Below are positions 63,403-64,000 of a stretch of DNA of 64,000 nucleotides, piece by piece. This DNA comes from Sphagnum compactum (lineage: Eukaryota), in contig OZ234494.1 of assembly GCA_965153455.1 (NCBI GenBank), positions 6,882,001-6,946,000 on the forward strand. The letters run 5' to 3'. Under the pieces are notes generated by a model. The model was given only the letters and a program-made list of their open reading frames with translations. It was not told where the DNA came from and searched no databases. A program made the position numbers and the translations under genes. Position 1 is the stretch's first letter; each line of letters starts with the position of its first letter.

Positions 63403-64000
63403 CCAGGAGTGGCAAGGAGTACCCCTGCAATATTTGGAGGGGAAGCTCCATTAGACAGACCATCATTGTGCATGGATGGTGGTTTCACATCTTAATGGTG
63501 CATGTCTTTTCTTGGTTCACTTGATACCTTGTGACTGGAGGGAGCCTGGAAGCTAGGGAGCATGGGAGCTTACATCCCAGTTTAACCGGATGACTTGGAT
63601 GGTGAATGGCAGAGAGCTAAATCTTAATTACAGGATGTGTACTGATTTTGAGAGATTGAAAATGTCTGCCAGCAGCCAAAGAAATCCTTGTTACATTCTT
63701 TTGGTGATGCCAACTGAAAGCTGTTTTGACAGACAGCTTGTTATTTATGTAAGGGTCTTTTCCATCCACAAACCTGTACACATGACGGAGCAGCATAGAG
63801 AGAGAAAGAGAGTGAGTGCGGCATGGCGAGGCGACTAATTAGAGCAACACTGCCATTAACAGTTGTTGCATAGCCCAAATCTTGGAGTTTTGCATCTTGA
63901 GAGAAATTGAGTTTCCTAGTTCCATCCTTTTACGGCAATTAGTCCTGTACAGATATGTGTCCCTGTAATCTTATTGTAACCTTCCTGTCATTTGACCTGT

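Noticed and set aside
63529-63550. miR319-like sequence TTGTGACTGGAGGGAGCC
   Set aside because: It has several mismatches, lies in sense orientation in a 3' UTR, and shows no fold-back partner.

Overview
This is eukaryotic land-plant nuclear DNA. The AT-rich, CpG-depleted repeat landscape looks bryophyte or peat-moss-like, which is an inference. Three intact spliced + strand genes are present: the 3' part of an alpha/beta-hydrolase (lipase-like) gene (33-1798), a 260-aa secreted Cys-rich protein gene (3293-5182), and a 149-aa conserved plant protein of unknown function (62607-63402) with a long, structured 5' leader. About 54 kb of nested, decayed transposons lies between them: a Helentron-type RepHel relic, two CRE-like non-LTR 3' ends, two non-autonomous CACTA elements with exact 3-bp TSDs, a ~13-kb MULE region with a SWIM transposase and a convergent C2H2 ORF, a two-gene PIF/Harbinger relic, MITEs and several tandem arrays. 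Two intron-containing host-gene fragments missed by the ORF track are buried there (OTU deubiquitinase, ANTH clathrin adaptor). The strongest leads are a candidate CUG start inside competing RNA stems in the last gene, a mobile MULE resembling conserved plant SWIM genes, a Helentron-type element with adjacent host exons, and an array of about 24 hairpin units. Family assignments rest on remembered motifs, not database searches. Most short ORFs in the supplied track are spurious.
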